Positions 43,287 to 53,107 of a DNA stretch of 64,000 nucleotides are shown in pieces. This DNA is from an uncultured delta proteobacterium (GTDB taxonomy: Bacteria > Myxococcota_A > Polyangia > Polyangiales > B10-G4). Location of the stretch: assembly GCA_963727445.1 (NCBI GenBank), contig CAVSGI010000015.1:402682-466681 (forward strand). Direction: 5' to 3'. Each line of letters begins with the position of its first letter. Within the stretch, counting starts at the first letter, position 1. The position numbers were made by a program, and so were the translations under genes. The notes beneath the pieces were generated by a model. That model was not told the origin of the DNA. It saw only the letters and a list, made by a program, of their open reading frames with translations, and made no database searches.

Positions 43287-44188
43287 GCCACCTCCGCCAC
43301 GAAGGCTTCAGTCGCGATCTCCGCGACCGAGGCCCGCGCTCGCTCTGCCGTCTCCATGTCCGGGGCGAGGGCGATCATGCAGCCGCCGCCGCCGGCGCCC
43401 GTGAGCTTGGCCCCCTCGGCGCCTGCGTCGCGCGCGCGCTCGCACAGCGCCTCGAGCTTGGTCGTCGACAAGAGCAGCGAGCTCAAGAGGCCGTGGTTCA
43501 GATCCATGAGCTGCCCGAGGGCGTGGACGTCACCGGCGGCGATGGCCAGCTCGCCGTTGCGCACCAGCGCGGCGATGCCGTCGAAGACCTCCTCCACCCG
43601 CTTCTGGCTTCGCTCGTGTTGTCGCCGGACGGAGTCGACCATCACCTTGGTGCTCGAGGACTCGCCGCTGTCGGCGATCACCAGGATCAGGGGGCGCCGC
43701 GGGATGACACGCTGCAGGGGCTCGCCCCGGCGGAAGACGGCGACGCCGCCCGCGCTCGCCATGGCGGGGTCGACGCCCGAGGGGTTGCCGTGAAAGACGC
43801 GCTCCCACGCGAGCGAGACCTCGGCGCGCGCCTCCGCGTCGCGGACCACGCCGAGCGCATCGTCCATCGCCGCGAGGACCGCCACGCCGAGCGCCGCCGA
43901 GCAACCGAGGCCGGCACCCGCCGGCAGCTCGACCTCGGCCGTGACTTCGAAGGTCGGCCGCTCGGGGTAGACGTTCAGCAGCGCATCGAAGGCGCGCGCG
44001 AGGGGCTCCTCGGCGTCGGGGCGAAGCGCCAGATCCCACGTCGGCACGATCAGCTGCGACGCGTCGGCCGATCGCGCTTCGGCGCGCACGCCACGCTCGA
44101 TGCCGCAAGCGAGCGCCGGTCGCCCGTACACCACGGCGTGCTCGCCGAGGAGGATCGCTTTGCCGCGTCCGAAGCCTTTGCCGTGCAT
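43283..44188 (-). CDS. mvk: Mevalonate kinase
   Basis: GKAILLGEHAVVYG, PAGAGLGCSAA, HGNPSGVD, KLTGAGGGG. Confidence 0.93.
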   Translation of the reverse strand: MHGKGFGRGKAILLGEHAVVYGRPALACGIERGVRAEARSADASQLIVPTWDLALRPDAEEPLARAFDALLNVYPERPTFEVTAEVELPAGAGLGCSAALGVAVLAAMDDALGVVRDAEARAEVSLAWERVFHGNPSGVDPAMASAGGVAVFRRGEPLQRVIPRRPLILVIADSGESSSTKVMVDSVRRQHERSQKRVEEVFDGIAALVRNGELAIAAGDVHALGQLMDLNHGLLSSLLLSTTKLEALCERARDAGAEGAKLTGAGGGGCMIALAPDMETAERARASVAEIATEAFVAEVA

Positions 44189-45205
44189 TCAGTGATCCCG
44201 GTCGACCAGGAGCCCGGTGATGAGCTCGAGGTCCTCGGTCGCGAAGGGGGCGCTCGCGAGGGCTTCGCGGGAGCGTGCGGCGAGGAGGGCGAGGCGCTCT
44301 TCGACGTGCTTCCGGGCGCCGGAGCGCACGAGGAGCTCGGTGGCCGCAGCGATCCGATCGTCGGTCGCGGACTCGTTGCCGAGGGCGTCTTCGAGCGCGG
44401 CGCGCTCGGTCTCGGGCACCACGGCGCGCGCCTGCTTGACCAGCGTGGTGTGCTTGCCCTGCCGGATGTCGCCGCCCGCGGGCTTCCCGGTGGCGCCGGG
44501 ATCCCCAAAGGTGCCGAGGAGCTCGTCACGGAGCTGGAACGCGACGCCCAGCGGATTGGCCCAGCGCCGGAGCGCGTCCATCGCGGCAGCGTCGGCGTCG
44601 GCCAGGATCGCGCCGAGGAGCATCGGCCCGCGCACCGTGTAGCTCCCGGTCTTGAGGTCGTACATGCGCTCGACCTCGGGCGCGGCGAGGATGTCGAGCT
44701 GCTGCCCGAAGAAGACCTCGCGCTGAAGGCGCCAGAACGCATCGAGGCCTTCCTTGCGACGCGCCGCGGGGAACGGTGCGCCGGCGATCATCTCCGAGGC
44801 GAAGACCGCGCCGAGGTCGCCGGCGAGGACCGCCAGGGAGGCGCCGAGGTGCGCGTCGCCGTGGCGGTCGCGCAGCGCCGCGAAGACGCTCGGCCCGCCG
44901 CGCCGCTCCTCGTCCTGATCCATCCAATCGTCGTGGATCAGGAGATAGGTCTGGAGCAGCTCCATCGCCGCCCCCGCGTCCACCGTCTGCGAAAGCGGCG
45001 CCTGGGGCCGAACCGCCCGATACGCCGCCGTCAGCACGACGGGCCGCAGTCGCTTGCCGCCGCGCATCGTCAGCGACGTCACCTGATCGACCAGCTCCAC
45101 CGACTCCGGAGAGATCTCCTCCGCCTCGCGACGCTTGTCCGCGAGAAACGCCTCCAGCCGCTCCGCGAGCAGCCCCCTCAGCTCGTCCATCCAGGCGGGA
45201 TTCAT
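44189..45205 (-). CDS. Short-chain polyprenyl diphosphate synthase (FPP/GGPP type)
   Basis: GGKRLR, first Asp-rich motif YLLIHDDWMD..RRG, GQQLD, KTGSY, FQLRDE. Confidence 0.92.
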   Translation of the reverse strand: MNPAWMDELRGLLAERLEAFLADKRREAEEISPESVELVDQVTSLTMRGGKRLRPVVLTAAYRAVRPQAPLSQTVDAGAAMELLQTYLLIHDDWMDQDEERRGGPSVFAALRDRHGDAHLGASLAVLAGDLGAVFASEMIAGAPFPAARRKEGLDAFWRLQREVFFGQQLDILAAPEVERMYDLKTGSYTVRGPMLLGAILADADAAAMDALRRWANPLGVAFQLRDELLGTFGDPGATGKPAGGDIRQGKHTTLVKQARAVVPETERAALEDALGNESATDDRIAAATELLVRSGARKHVEERLALLAARSREALASAPFATEDLELITGLLVDRDH

Positions 45206-45461
45206 GGCCGCCGCAACTTGCTAGGGAGGGGGGGCGGCGTCAACCCGGGCTTTTTGGAGGCTTGCGGGGTCGGTGGCGGGATGAGCGCTCACTCAGGGCG
45301 ATGTGGGGGGGTGTGGCGTGCGCGCGTTTCGCTGCGCTCACGCGCTTGCGGGGTCGCTGGGCGGAGGGCCGGAGCGGTTTCGTCGTAGTCGGGCCTCCGC
45401 CCCAACACGGGACCAGCCCCCCTGTCGCCTCGCGCTTCGCGCTCGGCTCTCACGTCTGCCC

Positions 45462-45657
45462 AAGATAGCGAACGGGGACGGTCTACACTTTTCAACTTTC
45501 GCCACGCACGCCGAGGTTCCATCCGCATGCGCGCGGCGCAGCCGAAAGATAGCGAACGGGGACGGTCTACACTTTTCAACTTTCGCCACGCACGCCGAGG
45601 TTCCATCCGCATGCGCGCGGCGCAGCCGAAAGTTGAAAAGTGTAGACCGTCCCCGTT
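45462..45657. repeat. 84-bp tandem repeat plus inverted 31-bp unit (REP/REPIN-like)
   Basis: AACGGGGACGGTCTACACTTTTCAACTTTCG at 45471-45501 and 45555-45585; exact reverse complement at 45627-45657; identical linker. Confidence 0.9.
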
Positions 45658-45680
45658 GGGGCGAGCGATGCGAAGCGCGT

Positions 45681-46484
45681 TCACGCATCCACGGCCGCGG
45701 CGACGATCGGGATTACCCGCGTGCGGATTTCCGTCACGACCTCTTGCATGTCCTTCGGGACGTCGTCCCTCGACTCGACGTACTTTCGCCACTTCTCGCG
45801 GCTCCCGCTGCTCGTCCCCCAGGGCCCGCCGAGGAAGCGGTCCATGATGGCGAAGCTGTCGCCGTGCGAGTCGAAGGTCGCGCGCAGCGCCTCCGGCAGC
45901 TTGCTCTCATCGAGGTCCTCCCGCTGGCTCAGGATCCACAGGTCGAAGAGGTCCTTCGGGCGCCACTGGCCGTGCCCCCGCTCGAAGAGCCCGTGCACCT
46001 TCCACGCGTAGATCGTCTCCACGGCCGCCGCCTGGATGGGCGTCGTCTGCCCCTCGAGCTTGATCGCGCGATCCGGAACCACCCGCGGATCGCCGAAGCT
46101 CAGGTCGATCTGCACCGGCACCTCCTGGCCGTCGATGTGCGCGAGCGCCCGCGCCCGCACGCCGGGCGTCTCGCTCTCCTCCCAGATCGTCTCCGTTTCG
46201 ACGCCGTCGTAGCGGATCCCGTCATCGATCTGCGCGCCGACGATCTCCACCAGCGCCCCCGGCCCCGCTTCGACGTCGAGGGGCGGAAGGCCGAGAAAGT
46301 CCACGTCCTCCACCGTCCGATGGAGCGGCCCTTCCGCCGGTCGCATCGCCAGCCCGCCCCTCAGCACCAGGCTCTTTGCGTAGGGCGAACGCGCCGCCCG
46401 CTCCACCACGCCGATCAACGCGCGCATCGTCTGCTCTTCGATGACAGCCACTCCCTCGTCCGTCCCGCGCCTCGTATCGTACAC
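45681..46484 (-). CDS. AbiEii/AbiGii-family nucleotidyltransferase
   Basis: LVLRGGLAM, RTVEDVDF, QIDLSFGDP, KVHGL, RPKDLFDL; start uncertain (46484 or 46451). Confidence 0.8.
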   Translation of the reverse strand: MYDTRRGTDEGVAVIEEQTMRALIGVVERAARSPYAKSLVLRGGLAMRPAEGPLHRTVEDVDFLGLPPLDVEAGPGALVEIVGAQIDDGIRYDGVETETIWEESETPGVRARALAHIDGQEVPVQIDLSFGDPRVVPDRAIKLEGQTTPIQAAAVETIYAWKVHGLFERGHGQWRPKDLFDLWILSQREDLDESKLPEALRATFDSHGDSFAIMDRFLGGPWGTSSGSREKWRKYVESRDDVPKDMQEVVTEIRTRVIPIVAAAVDA

Positions 46485-46521
46485 CGAGCATCCGCGGACC
46501 GGGACGCCGAAGCACGTCCGC

Positions 46522-47820
46522 TCATGGAAGCCGGATGCGCACGCCCTCGGCCATCAGGTTCGTGCCATCCGAACCCCCCCAAACCAGGAGCTCTCCATGG
46601 CCCAGCACCAACGGACACCCGAACACTTCCGGCGCGCCGCGCAGCGTCCACGCGTCGGCGTGCGGATCGTAGAGCCCGAGCGCTGGACCGGGGTACATGT
46701 TCGTCTCGTCCATGTTCGTCTCACCGAACACAGCCATCTTCGTGCCCGTCCACACGCCGTGCGCGCCGTCGCGCGTGAACGCGCCGTCCATGGAGGTGGG
46801 GCGCCAGCGGTCGGCGGCGGGATCGTACACACCGCCGGTGGCGAGGAGGGTTCGGTCGTGGGTGTCCCAGCTCCCGGTGTACCCACCCCACGCGATCATC
46901 TCGCTCCCGCTCCACCCAACGGCAGGCGCGCGTCGCGCGGAAGGGGCGCCCTCGGCGCTCATGCTGCGCCAGGTGTCGGTGCTCGGGTCGTAGCGCGCAC
47001 CGTCGGCGAGCTCGTCGCTCGCGCCCCGTCCACCCCAGACGATCATCTCGTTGCCGGTCCACACCGCGCCATGATCGCCGCGCGCCGCCGGCGCGCCGCT
47101 GGCGCTCACGCTTCGCCAGGTGTTGGCCGCCGGGTCGTAGCGCGCCCCGCTCGCGAGCGGACTTCCGTCTGCCGCGAAGCCGCCCCACACGATCGCTTCG
47201 CTGCCCGTCCAGATCAGCGTGTGCCCGTACCGCCCCGCAGGCGCGCCCGCCGAGGCGATCGGGCGCCAGCGATCGCGCGCCGGATCGTAGCGTCCGCCCG
47301 TCGCCACCGGTGCATCTTCGCCGGTGCGCCCGCCCCAAACGATCATCTCGCTCCCGGTGTAGACCGCCTCCGCGTCATAGCGCGCCGCGGGCGCACCGCG
47401 GGTGCGCGTTGGCGCCCAGCGCTCGGTGGCGAGCGTGTAGCGTCCGCCGGTCGCCAGCGGATGCGGCGTGACCTCCGCGTAGCCGTCGGCCTCGCTGGGC
47501 CACGCATCGTCGCCGCCCCAGACGACCAGCTGATCACCTGTGTAGACGGCGACGTGCGCCATGCGCGCGGACGGCGCGTCCACGTATCCGATGTCCACCA
47601 GCTCGGCCATCGGGATCTCGGTCACGGACCCCGGCTCGTCCGACTCGTCGGTCCCTTCGGCCTCTGCTTCGGTTTCTGCTTCACCGACCGGCGCCTCGGC
47701 CGCACCTGTGGTCGACTCCCCGACCCGTCCCGGATCGAAACGCGGTGAGGTCTCCTCGCACGCTCCACACCCCGCCCCCCAAGCGAGAGCGAAGAAAGCC
47801 GCCGCACGGATCCACCTCAC
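46522..47820 (-). CDS. Secreted Kelch-repeat protein
   Basis: Signal peptide ending GAGCGAC; repeated GAPxAR..H.AVWTG.EMIVWGG..GARYDP Kelch blades. Confidence 0.85.
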   Translation of the reverse strand: MRWIRAAAFFALAWGAGCGACEETSPRFDPGRVGESTTGAAEAPVGEAETEAEAEGTDESDEPGSVTEIPMAELVDIGYVDAPSARMAHVAVYTGDQLVVWGGDDAWPSEADGYAEVTPHPLATGGRYTLATERWAPTRTRGAPAARYDAEAVYTGSEMIVWGGRTGEDAPVATGGRYDPARDRWRPIASAGAPAGRYGHTLIWTGSEAIVWGGFAADGSPLASGARYDPAANTWRSVSASGAPAARGDHGAVWTGNEMIVWGGRGASDELADGARYDPSTDTWRSMSAEGAPSARRAPAVGWSGSEMIAWGGYTGSWDTHDRTLLATGGVYDPAADRWRPTSMDGAFTRDGAHGVWTGTKMAVFGETNMDETNMYPGPALGLYDPHADAWTLRGAPEVFGCPLVLGHGELLVWGGSDGTNLMAEGVRIRLP

Positions 47821-47982
47821 ACGACGGACTCTACCGTCGCGCGCGCGGTTTTCCTAAGCGCCCTCGCGGATCGACGCGAGGAAACGCGCCCCTCAGAACC
47901 CAATAATGCGCCGACAAACGCGGCTGTCGCTCCGTCGCGGTTGACTGCCCGATCAACCAGGGCTAACCCCTCCTGCCCCTCG

Positions 47983-49026
47983 ATGGCCAAGAGCGAGATC
48001 CAGAAGCGCAAAGTCGACCACCTCGACCTCTGCGCCACCGACGAGGTCGCCTTTCGCGAGCGGACCAACCTCCTCGAGAAGGTGCGCCTGGTCCATCAGT
48101 CGCTCCCCGATCTCTCGATGGAGGAGCTCGACACCTCCGTCACGCTCCTCGGAAAGAAGCTCTCGGCGCCGATCGTGATCGCGGGGATGACCGGCGGCAC
48201 CGATCGCGCGGGCGAGGTGAACCACCAGCTCGCGCGCATCGCCGAAAAGCGCGGCTACGGTTTCGGCCTGGGCAGCCAGCGCGCGATGCAGCGCGAGCCC
48301 GAGACGGCCTGGACCTATCAGGTGCGCGAGCACGCGCCGAACGTCCTGCTCCTCGGCAACGTCGGCGTCGTTCAAGCACGCGACTACGACACCGAGACCA
48401 TCGCCAAGCTCGTCACCGAGATCGGCGCCGACGGCCTCTGCGTTCACATGAACCCGGCGATGGAGCTGATCCAGCCCGAAGGCGATCGCGACTTCCGCGG
48501 CGGCGTCCAGACCTTCGCGCGCCTCGTAAAGGAGCTACCGGTGCCGGTGATCGCCAAGGAGACCGGCAACGGCATCAGCGGCGAGACGGCGGCCAAGCTC
48601 CACGCCGTCGGCGTGCGGACCGTCGACGTCTCGGGTGCGGGCGGCACCAGCTGGGTCGGCGTCGAGACGCTCCGCGCCGAAGGCGCGCAGCGCGCGCTCG
48701 GCGAGCTGCTCTGGGATTGGGGCATCCCCACCGCGGCCTCCGTCGGCCTCTGCGTGCGCGAAGGCATGACGGTGATCGCCACCGGCGGCATCCGCACCGG
48801 CGTCGACATCGCCCGCGCCATCGCCCTCGGCGCCACCGCTGGCGGCATCGCCCGCAACGTCTACAAGGCGCTCCACGACCACGGCCCCGAAGGCGCCGAG
48901 GAGTATCTCGAGGCCGTCGAGCAGCAGCTCCGCGCCATCATGCTCCTCACCGGCAGCCGCACCGTCGCCGACCTGCAGAAGGCGCCGAAGACGTTCACCG
49001 GCGAGCTCGCCGAGTGGCTGGGCTGA
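47983..49026 (+). CDS. fni: Type 2 isopentenyl-diphosphate isomerase (FMN-dependent)
   Basis: RKVDHL, MTGG, GSQR, HMNPAME..QPEGD, KETGNG, GAGGTSW, WGIPT; start MAKSEIQ at 47983. Confidence 0.95.
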   Translation: MAKSEIQKRKVDHLDLCATDEVAFRERTNLLEKVRLVHQSLPDLSMEELDTSVTLLGKKLSAPIVIAGMTGGTDRAGEVNHQLARIAEKRGYGFGLGSQRAMQREPETAWTYQVREHAPNVLLLGNVGVVQARDYDTETIAKLVTEIGADGLCVHMNPAMELIQPEGDRDFRGGVQTFARLVKELPVPVIAKETGNGISGETAAKLHAVGVRTVDVSGAGGTSWVGVETLRAEGAQRALGELLWDWGIPTAASVGLCVREGMTVIATGGIRTGVDIARAIALGATAGGIARNVYKALHDHGPEGAEEYLEAVEQQLRAIMLLTGSRTVADLQKAPKTFTGELAEWLG

Positions 49027-49038
49027 GGTACCCGCGCG

Positions 49039-50118
49039 TCACTCGCAGGGCGCAGCCCGAACGAGCGTCGCCACCCCCGCCACGTTCACTCGCGCTGCGC
49101 GCGTGAACGGGATGGCTACGCTCACCGCGTCGCAGACGATCTCCGCGCTGCCCCCGGTGCCTGGCGTCGCGCGGAGGTCGGGAGCGATCTCCACCAGCGC
49201 TTCGAAGAAGCCGTAGCCGGTGGTGCCGGGGCAGACGTCCGCACCGGAGGACAGCCCGCGCTCGAGAAGGTCGACGGCCGGCCAGCGCCCGACCAGGACG
49301 GCGGTGCCGGGGACGCCGCTGCTCACGTCCACCACCAGCCGCGCGTCGGTCAAGAGGAGCGTGGTGGTCAGCTCCTCGCTCCCGAAGATCATGGGGAGGC
49401 GATCCGGCAGGCGGATCACCAGCTGACCCCCGGTGACGTAGGCAGCGTCGTCCCAGGCGAGGGGTCGATCCGCGGCGCTGTCCCAAGACGCACTGTCGGC
49501 GAAGAAGTCGTCGCCTCCATCCAAACCGGGCGGCGACACCGAGGCCCCGTCGACCACCGGGAGCCCCATGACGATCTCGACCGAGGTCGCGCTCGTTCCG
49601 GTTGCGCTCGTTCCGTGGGTCGCGAACGCGAGCCCGGCTTCGACGCTCGGATCGTCGCGCTCTCCGCTCCAGCCGCTCACCACCAGGATCGGGGCGCCGA
49701 GACCGGCCCGAAGGGTGTCGTCCATCACCTGCTCGAAGGTACGGCCGACGAGCTGCTCGAAGGTGCTGAAGAGCGCGTTGCCGCTCACGTTGTCGCGACA
49801 GCCCATCCCGTCCTCGACGATCTGACGGTTCGGTGAGGGCGGAAGGCACGGCACGTCCTCGTCGGGCCACACGCTGCAATGACCGTCGAGGTCGTAGCCG
49901 ATGGTCGCCCACGCCTCGCCCATCTGCTGATCGAGGAAGGGATCGACCAACACGAAGGTGAGCGTGTCTCCGTCGGGCCCGTTGGCGGTCGTCGGCCAAT
50001 CGGGGAACGTCACCGGCATCGCAGCGTCGCCGCCGCCGCCTCCATCGGCGTCTGTCGAGTCCCCGCAGCCGCACGCGAAGAGCACCAGGGCCAGGGCGAT
50101 GGAGCCCCGCGGGCTCAT
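49039..50118 (-). CDS. Uncharacterised lipoprotein
   Basis: Start MSPRGSIALALVLFA-C with ATGA overlap to the protease stop; GYDLDG..C motif. Confidence 0.7.
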   Translation of the reverse strand: MSPRGSIALALVLFACGCGDSTDADGGGGGDAAMPVTFPDWPTTANGPDGDTLTFVLVDPFLDQQMGEAWATIGYDLDGHCSVWPDEDVPCLPPSPNRQIVEDGMGCRDNVSGNALFSTFEQLVGRTFEQVMDDTLRAGLGAPILVVSGWSGERDDPSVEAGLAFATHGTSATGTSATSVEIVMGLPVVDGASVSPPGLDGGDDFFADSASWDSAADRPLAWDDAAYVTGGQLVIRLPDRLPMIFGSEELTTTLLLTDARLVVDVSSGVPGTAVLVGRWPAVDLLERGLSSGADVCPGTTGYGFFEALVEIAPDLRATPGTGGSAEIVCDAVSVAIPFTRAARVNVAGVATLVRAAPCE

Positions 50119-52001
50119 CGCGACCTTCGCCGGCACGCGAGGCCGAGCGCCAGAGCCGCCCACAGCGCGACGGCCCCCACCGGCGAGCCCCCTCCCGCCG
50201 CGCAGCCGCCTCCACCCCCGAGCCGGAGCGACTCCGGCGGCCTCACGCTCGGCGGCACGCAGCGGAGCGCGTCTTCGACCCGCCGGCACTCGAGCCCTGC
50301 CTGGCAGGGGCCGTTCGCTCCGCACGGCGTCGTGCAGCGCGTTCCGTCGCCGACCTCGAGGCACTCGCCGATCGCGCACGAACCCTCTTCACAGCGATCG
50401 CCGAGGACGCCGCGGCCGTCGTCGACGGTGCACTGCCCCCCGCCACAATAGAAGCCCTCGGGACACGATCCGTCCACCGAGCACAGCCGCGTGCAGTAGC
50501 TTCCGTGGCACGAGTCGCCGAGGAGGCAGTCCCCGTCGTCCATGCATGGCTCGCCGGACATGCTTCGCCGGCCCGGCGCGCAGAGCGAGTCGCGGCAGTG
50601 GAAAGCGTCGCCGCAGTCCTCGTCTCGCTCACAGGCACGCGAGCAATACGTGAGCTCTCCGTCCTCACGACACGTCCCCGAGGCGCAGTCCGCATCCACG
50701 GCGCAGCGCTCACCCAGGCCGCGCGGTGAGCCCACCAGCTCCGGTGCGACGCACGCGCCGCAGGAATCGGCGCTGGCGGCGCAGACTTCGCTCACCGGGC
50801 ACGATCCCGCGTCGCCGACGCACGGGGTGAGGCATCGGCGCCTTCCGTCGCCCGGGTCGACGCACCGAAGCGACGCGCAGTCGGTGTCGTCGGCGCACTC
50901 CGCGTCGACCATCCCCTCGCCCGCCTCACCGGGGACGCAGAGGCCGCCACAGCCCTCCTCTTTGGCGCAGTACACGCCCGGCGTCGCCATCACCTCCTCG
51001 GTGAAGGGAAGCGTCAGGTCGGTGCAGCTGGTCGCGGGGGCCGTCGGGTTGCAGCGCCGCGTGCAGATCCGTCCCGCCGCCGTGTCTCCGCAGAAGGCCG
51101 GGTCGTCGAGCGGGTCGAAGCGCTCCGGGAGCTGCGCGAAGGCGCAGTCGGTGTCGTCGGCGCAGGCCTCGCCGAGACCCAGGCATTCTTCATCGACCAT
51201 CCCGTCGCAGTCGTCGTCGACGCTGTTGCAGCTCTCCTCCGCCTCGAAGGGACAGTCCCCGGCGGCGATGAGCGATGCGTCGATCAGCCCGAGGAATGGC
51301 TCGACGAGGTTGTAGCCATCGTGCGAGCTCGGACAGTTGCCCTCCTCACCGAAAGAGGCGACGCCCACCACCACCCGTGGCGGACCTTCGAGGATCGCCG
51401 GCCCGCCCGAGTCGCCACGACAGATGGTCTCCGAGGTCGCGAGCACGTCGCCGCTGATCGATTCGATGGTGGAGGTCGTCTCGTACTTCAGGCCGGCTTC
51501 CATCCCATCGGGGCGCTCGCCGAAGCCGACCGCCGTGAACGCCATGCCCACCGTCGGTCGTTCGCGGCCGACGGGGATGGGCGTCACATCGGTGATCGGA
51601 TCGAGCAGGGTGATGGTGGCGACGTCCACCCCGACCAACGCGCCTCCGAGGCCGACCCCCGGCTCCGAGGTGTAGAGCCCAGGCGTGGTGCTGAGGTCGA
51701 CCACGCGAAGCTCCATCACCTCCGCGCTCACGCTGCCGACGCCGACGCTCATCACCGAGGGTGGATAAGGGCGATCCGCGCCTGGCGCCTGGACGCAGTG
51801 CTTCGCCGTGAGCACCACGTGCGGGCTGATCAGCGTGCCGGTGCACAGCCCGATGCCGCTGAAGGTGTGCACCGCGACCACCGCCGGCTCACCTTCTTGA
51901 TAGGTGCCGCCCACGATCGCTTCCTCCGCGCGGCCCGGGGAGCCCGCGTCGGGAAGACAGCCGGCGCCGAGGAGCAGCAAAGCGAGGATGAAGGGGCGCA
52001 T
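50115..52001 (-). CDS. Trypsin-like (S1) serine protease with Cys-rich repeats and MYXO-CTERM-like tail
   Basis: LTAKHC, DVA, CRGDSGGP triad motifs; many CxxDxDC repeats; C-terminal GGGGGC..hydrophobic..RRRSR; start MRPFIL at 52001. Confidence 0.9.
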   Translation of the reverse strand: MRPFILALLLLGAGCLPDAGSPGRAEEAIVGGTYQEGEPAVVAVHTFSGIGLCTGTLISPHVVLTAKHCVQAPGADRPYPPSVMSVGVGSVSAEVMELRVVDLSTTPGLYTSEPGVGLGGALVGVDVATITLLDPITDVTPIPVGRERPTVGMAFTAVGFGERPDGMEAGLKYETTSTIESISGDVLATSETICRGDSGGPAILEGPPRVVVGVASFGEEGNCPSSHDGYNLVEPFLGLIDASLIAAGDCPFEAEESCNSVDDDCDGMVDEECLGLGEACADDTDCAFAQLPERFDPLDDPAFCGDTAAGRICTRRCNPTAPATSCTDLTLPFTEEVMATPGVYCAKEEGCGGLCVPGEAGEGMVDAECADDTDCASLRCVDPGDGRRRCLTPCVGDAGSCPVSEVCAASADSCGACVAPELVGSPRGLGERCAVDADCASGTCREDGELTYCSRACERDEDCGDAFHCRDSLCAPGRRSMSGEPCMDDGDCLLGDSCHGSYCTRLCSVDGSCPEGFYCGGGQCTVDDGRGVLGDRCEEGSCAIGECLEVGDGTRCTTPCGANGPCQAGLECRRVEDALRCVPPSVRPPESLRLGGGGGCAAGGGSPVGAVALWAALALGLACRRRSR

Positions 52002-52069
52002 GCGAGGAGAAGACTTCGGGTGCGCAGGACAACCCGTGCGGAATAGACTCCTCGCCGGGGCGGGTTCGG

Positions 52070-53104
52070 TCAACCGAAGGGCGCACGCGCGGGAGCCGTA
52101 CTCAGGAGCGGCTCCATCGGCGCGGAGCTCAGCGTCGACAAAAAGAGGAGCGGCCCCCGGTATTTCTCGTCTCGGGCGGCGTCGAGGAGCGCAGCCATGG
52201 TCTTGGCGGTGTAGGTGGGCTCGAGCACGAGATCGTCGAGGGCGGCGAGGGTGGTCGCCCGCTCGCCCGCGCCCGTGGCCGCCCCGTACCCCTCGCCGAG
52301 GTGCGCCCCGTCGATGTTCAACGCGTCCATCGCCTGGTCGGTCACGTCGGGAAAGCGGGCATCCGCGGCGCGGAGCAGCGCCACCGCGCCGGCGACGAGG
52401 CGGCGGATCCGTCCCGGGCTGATCACCAGCTTCGAGGTCACGCGGACGCCGATCACCGGCACCGCGATCCCCGCCGCCGAGAGCCCCACCAGGATCCCCG
52501 CGAGCGTGCCCCCGCTCCCCGCCGGCACGAAGATCGCCGCAGGCTCCGGCATCTCGCCCGCGTCGATCTGTCCCGCGAGCTCGAAGCCCGCCGCGACGTA
52601 GCCGAGGGCGCCGCGCGGCGACGATCCCCCCGGCCCGATCACGAAGGGCTTGTCGCCCCGGAGGCGAAGCGGCGCCACCGCGCGCGCCATCCCCACCGGC
52701 AGCAGCTTCGGGCTCGACACCCGACTGAGCTTCGCGCCCGCGCCGACCATCGCGCGCAGCACCTCGTCGGCGTGCGCGCTCATCGGCTGCGGGAAGAGCA
52801 CGACGTGGACGTTCAGACCCGCCCGCGCTCCGTAGATGGCCGTCGCGAGGCAGTGATGCGAGCCGTAGCCACCCATCGTCACCACGCTCCGCGCGCCGAT
52901 CGCGCGCGCCTCGCCGAGGAGCCACTCCAGCTTGCGCACCTTGTTGCCGCCGTAGGGCAGCGCGGTCCGATCGTCGCGCTTGACCCAGATCTCCGCGCCG
53001 CCCCGACGCGACGTCTCCTCGAGGCGCATCACCGGCGTCGGCCCCCTCACCAGGGTCATTCGCGGGAGGGCGCCGAGCCCCGGGAATCGATCGAGGACGA
53101 GCAC
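52070..53104 (-). CDS. PLP-dependent ACC deaminase / D-cysteine desulfhydrase-family enzyme
   Basis: VKRDD, GGNKVRKLE, GSHH, GSGGT, LEPTYTAK. Confidence 0.9.
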   Translation of the reverse strand: MLVLDRFPGLGALPRMTLVRGPTPVMRLEETSRRGGAEIWVKRDDRTALPYGGNKVRKLEWLLGEARAIGARSVVTMGGYGSHHCLATAIYGARAGLNVHVVLFPQPMSAHADEVLRAMVGAGAKLSRVSSPKLLPVGMARAVAPLRLRGDKPFVIGPGGSSPRGALGYVAAGFELAGQIDAGEMPEPAAIFVPAGSGGTLAGILVGLSAAGIAVPVIGVRVTSKLVISPGRIRRLVAGAVALLRAADARFPDVTDQAMDALNIDGAHLGEGYGAATGAGERATTLAALDDLVLEPTYTAKTMAALLDAARDEKYRGPLLFLSTLSSAPMEPLLSTAPARAPFG

Positions 53105-53107
53105 GGC

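Noticed and set aside
44500..44545. Inactive prenyl synthase because the second Asp-rich motif reads RDELLG
   Set aside because: DDxxG-type variants are common in active bacterial short-chain synthases and all other motifs are intact
45290..45460. Possible structured ncRNA or riboswitch upstream of the mevalonate operon
   Set aside because: Short GC hairpins (GCGCTTCGCGC etc.) are present but match no family I can recognise; a covariance-model search would be needed
45462..45657. CRISPR array or IS terminal inverted repeats
   Set aside because: Identical linker, only three units with one inverted, and no transposase between or beside them
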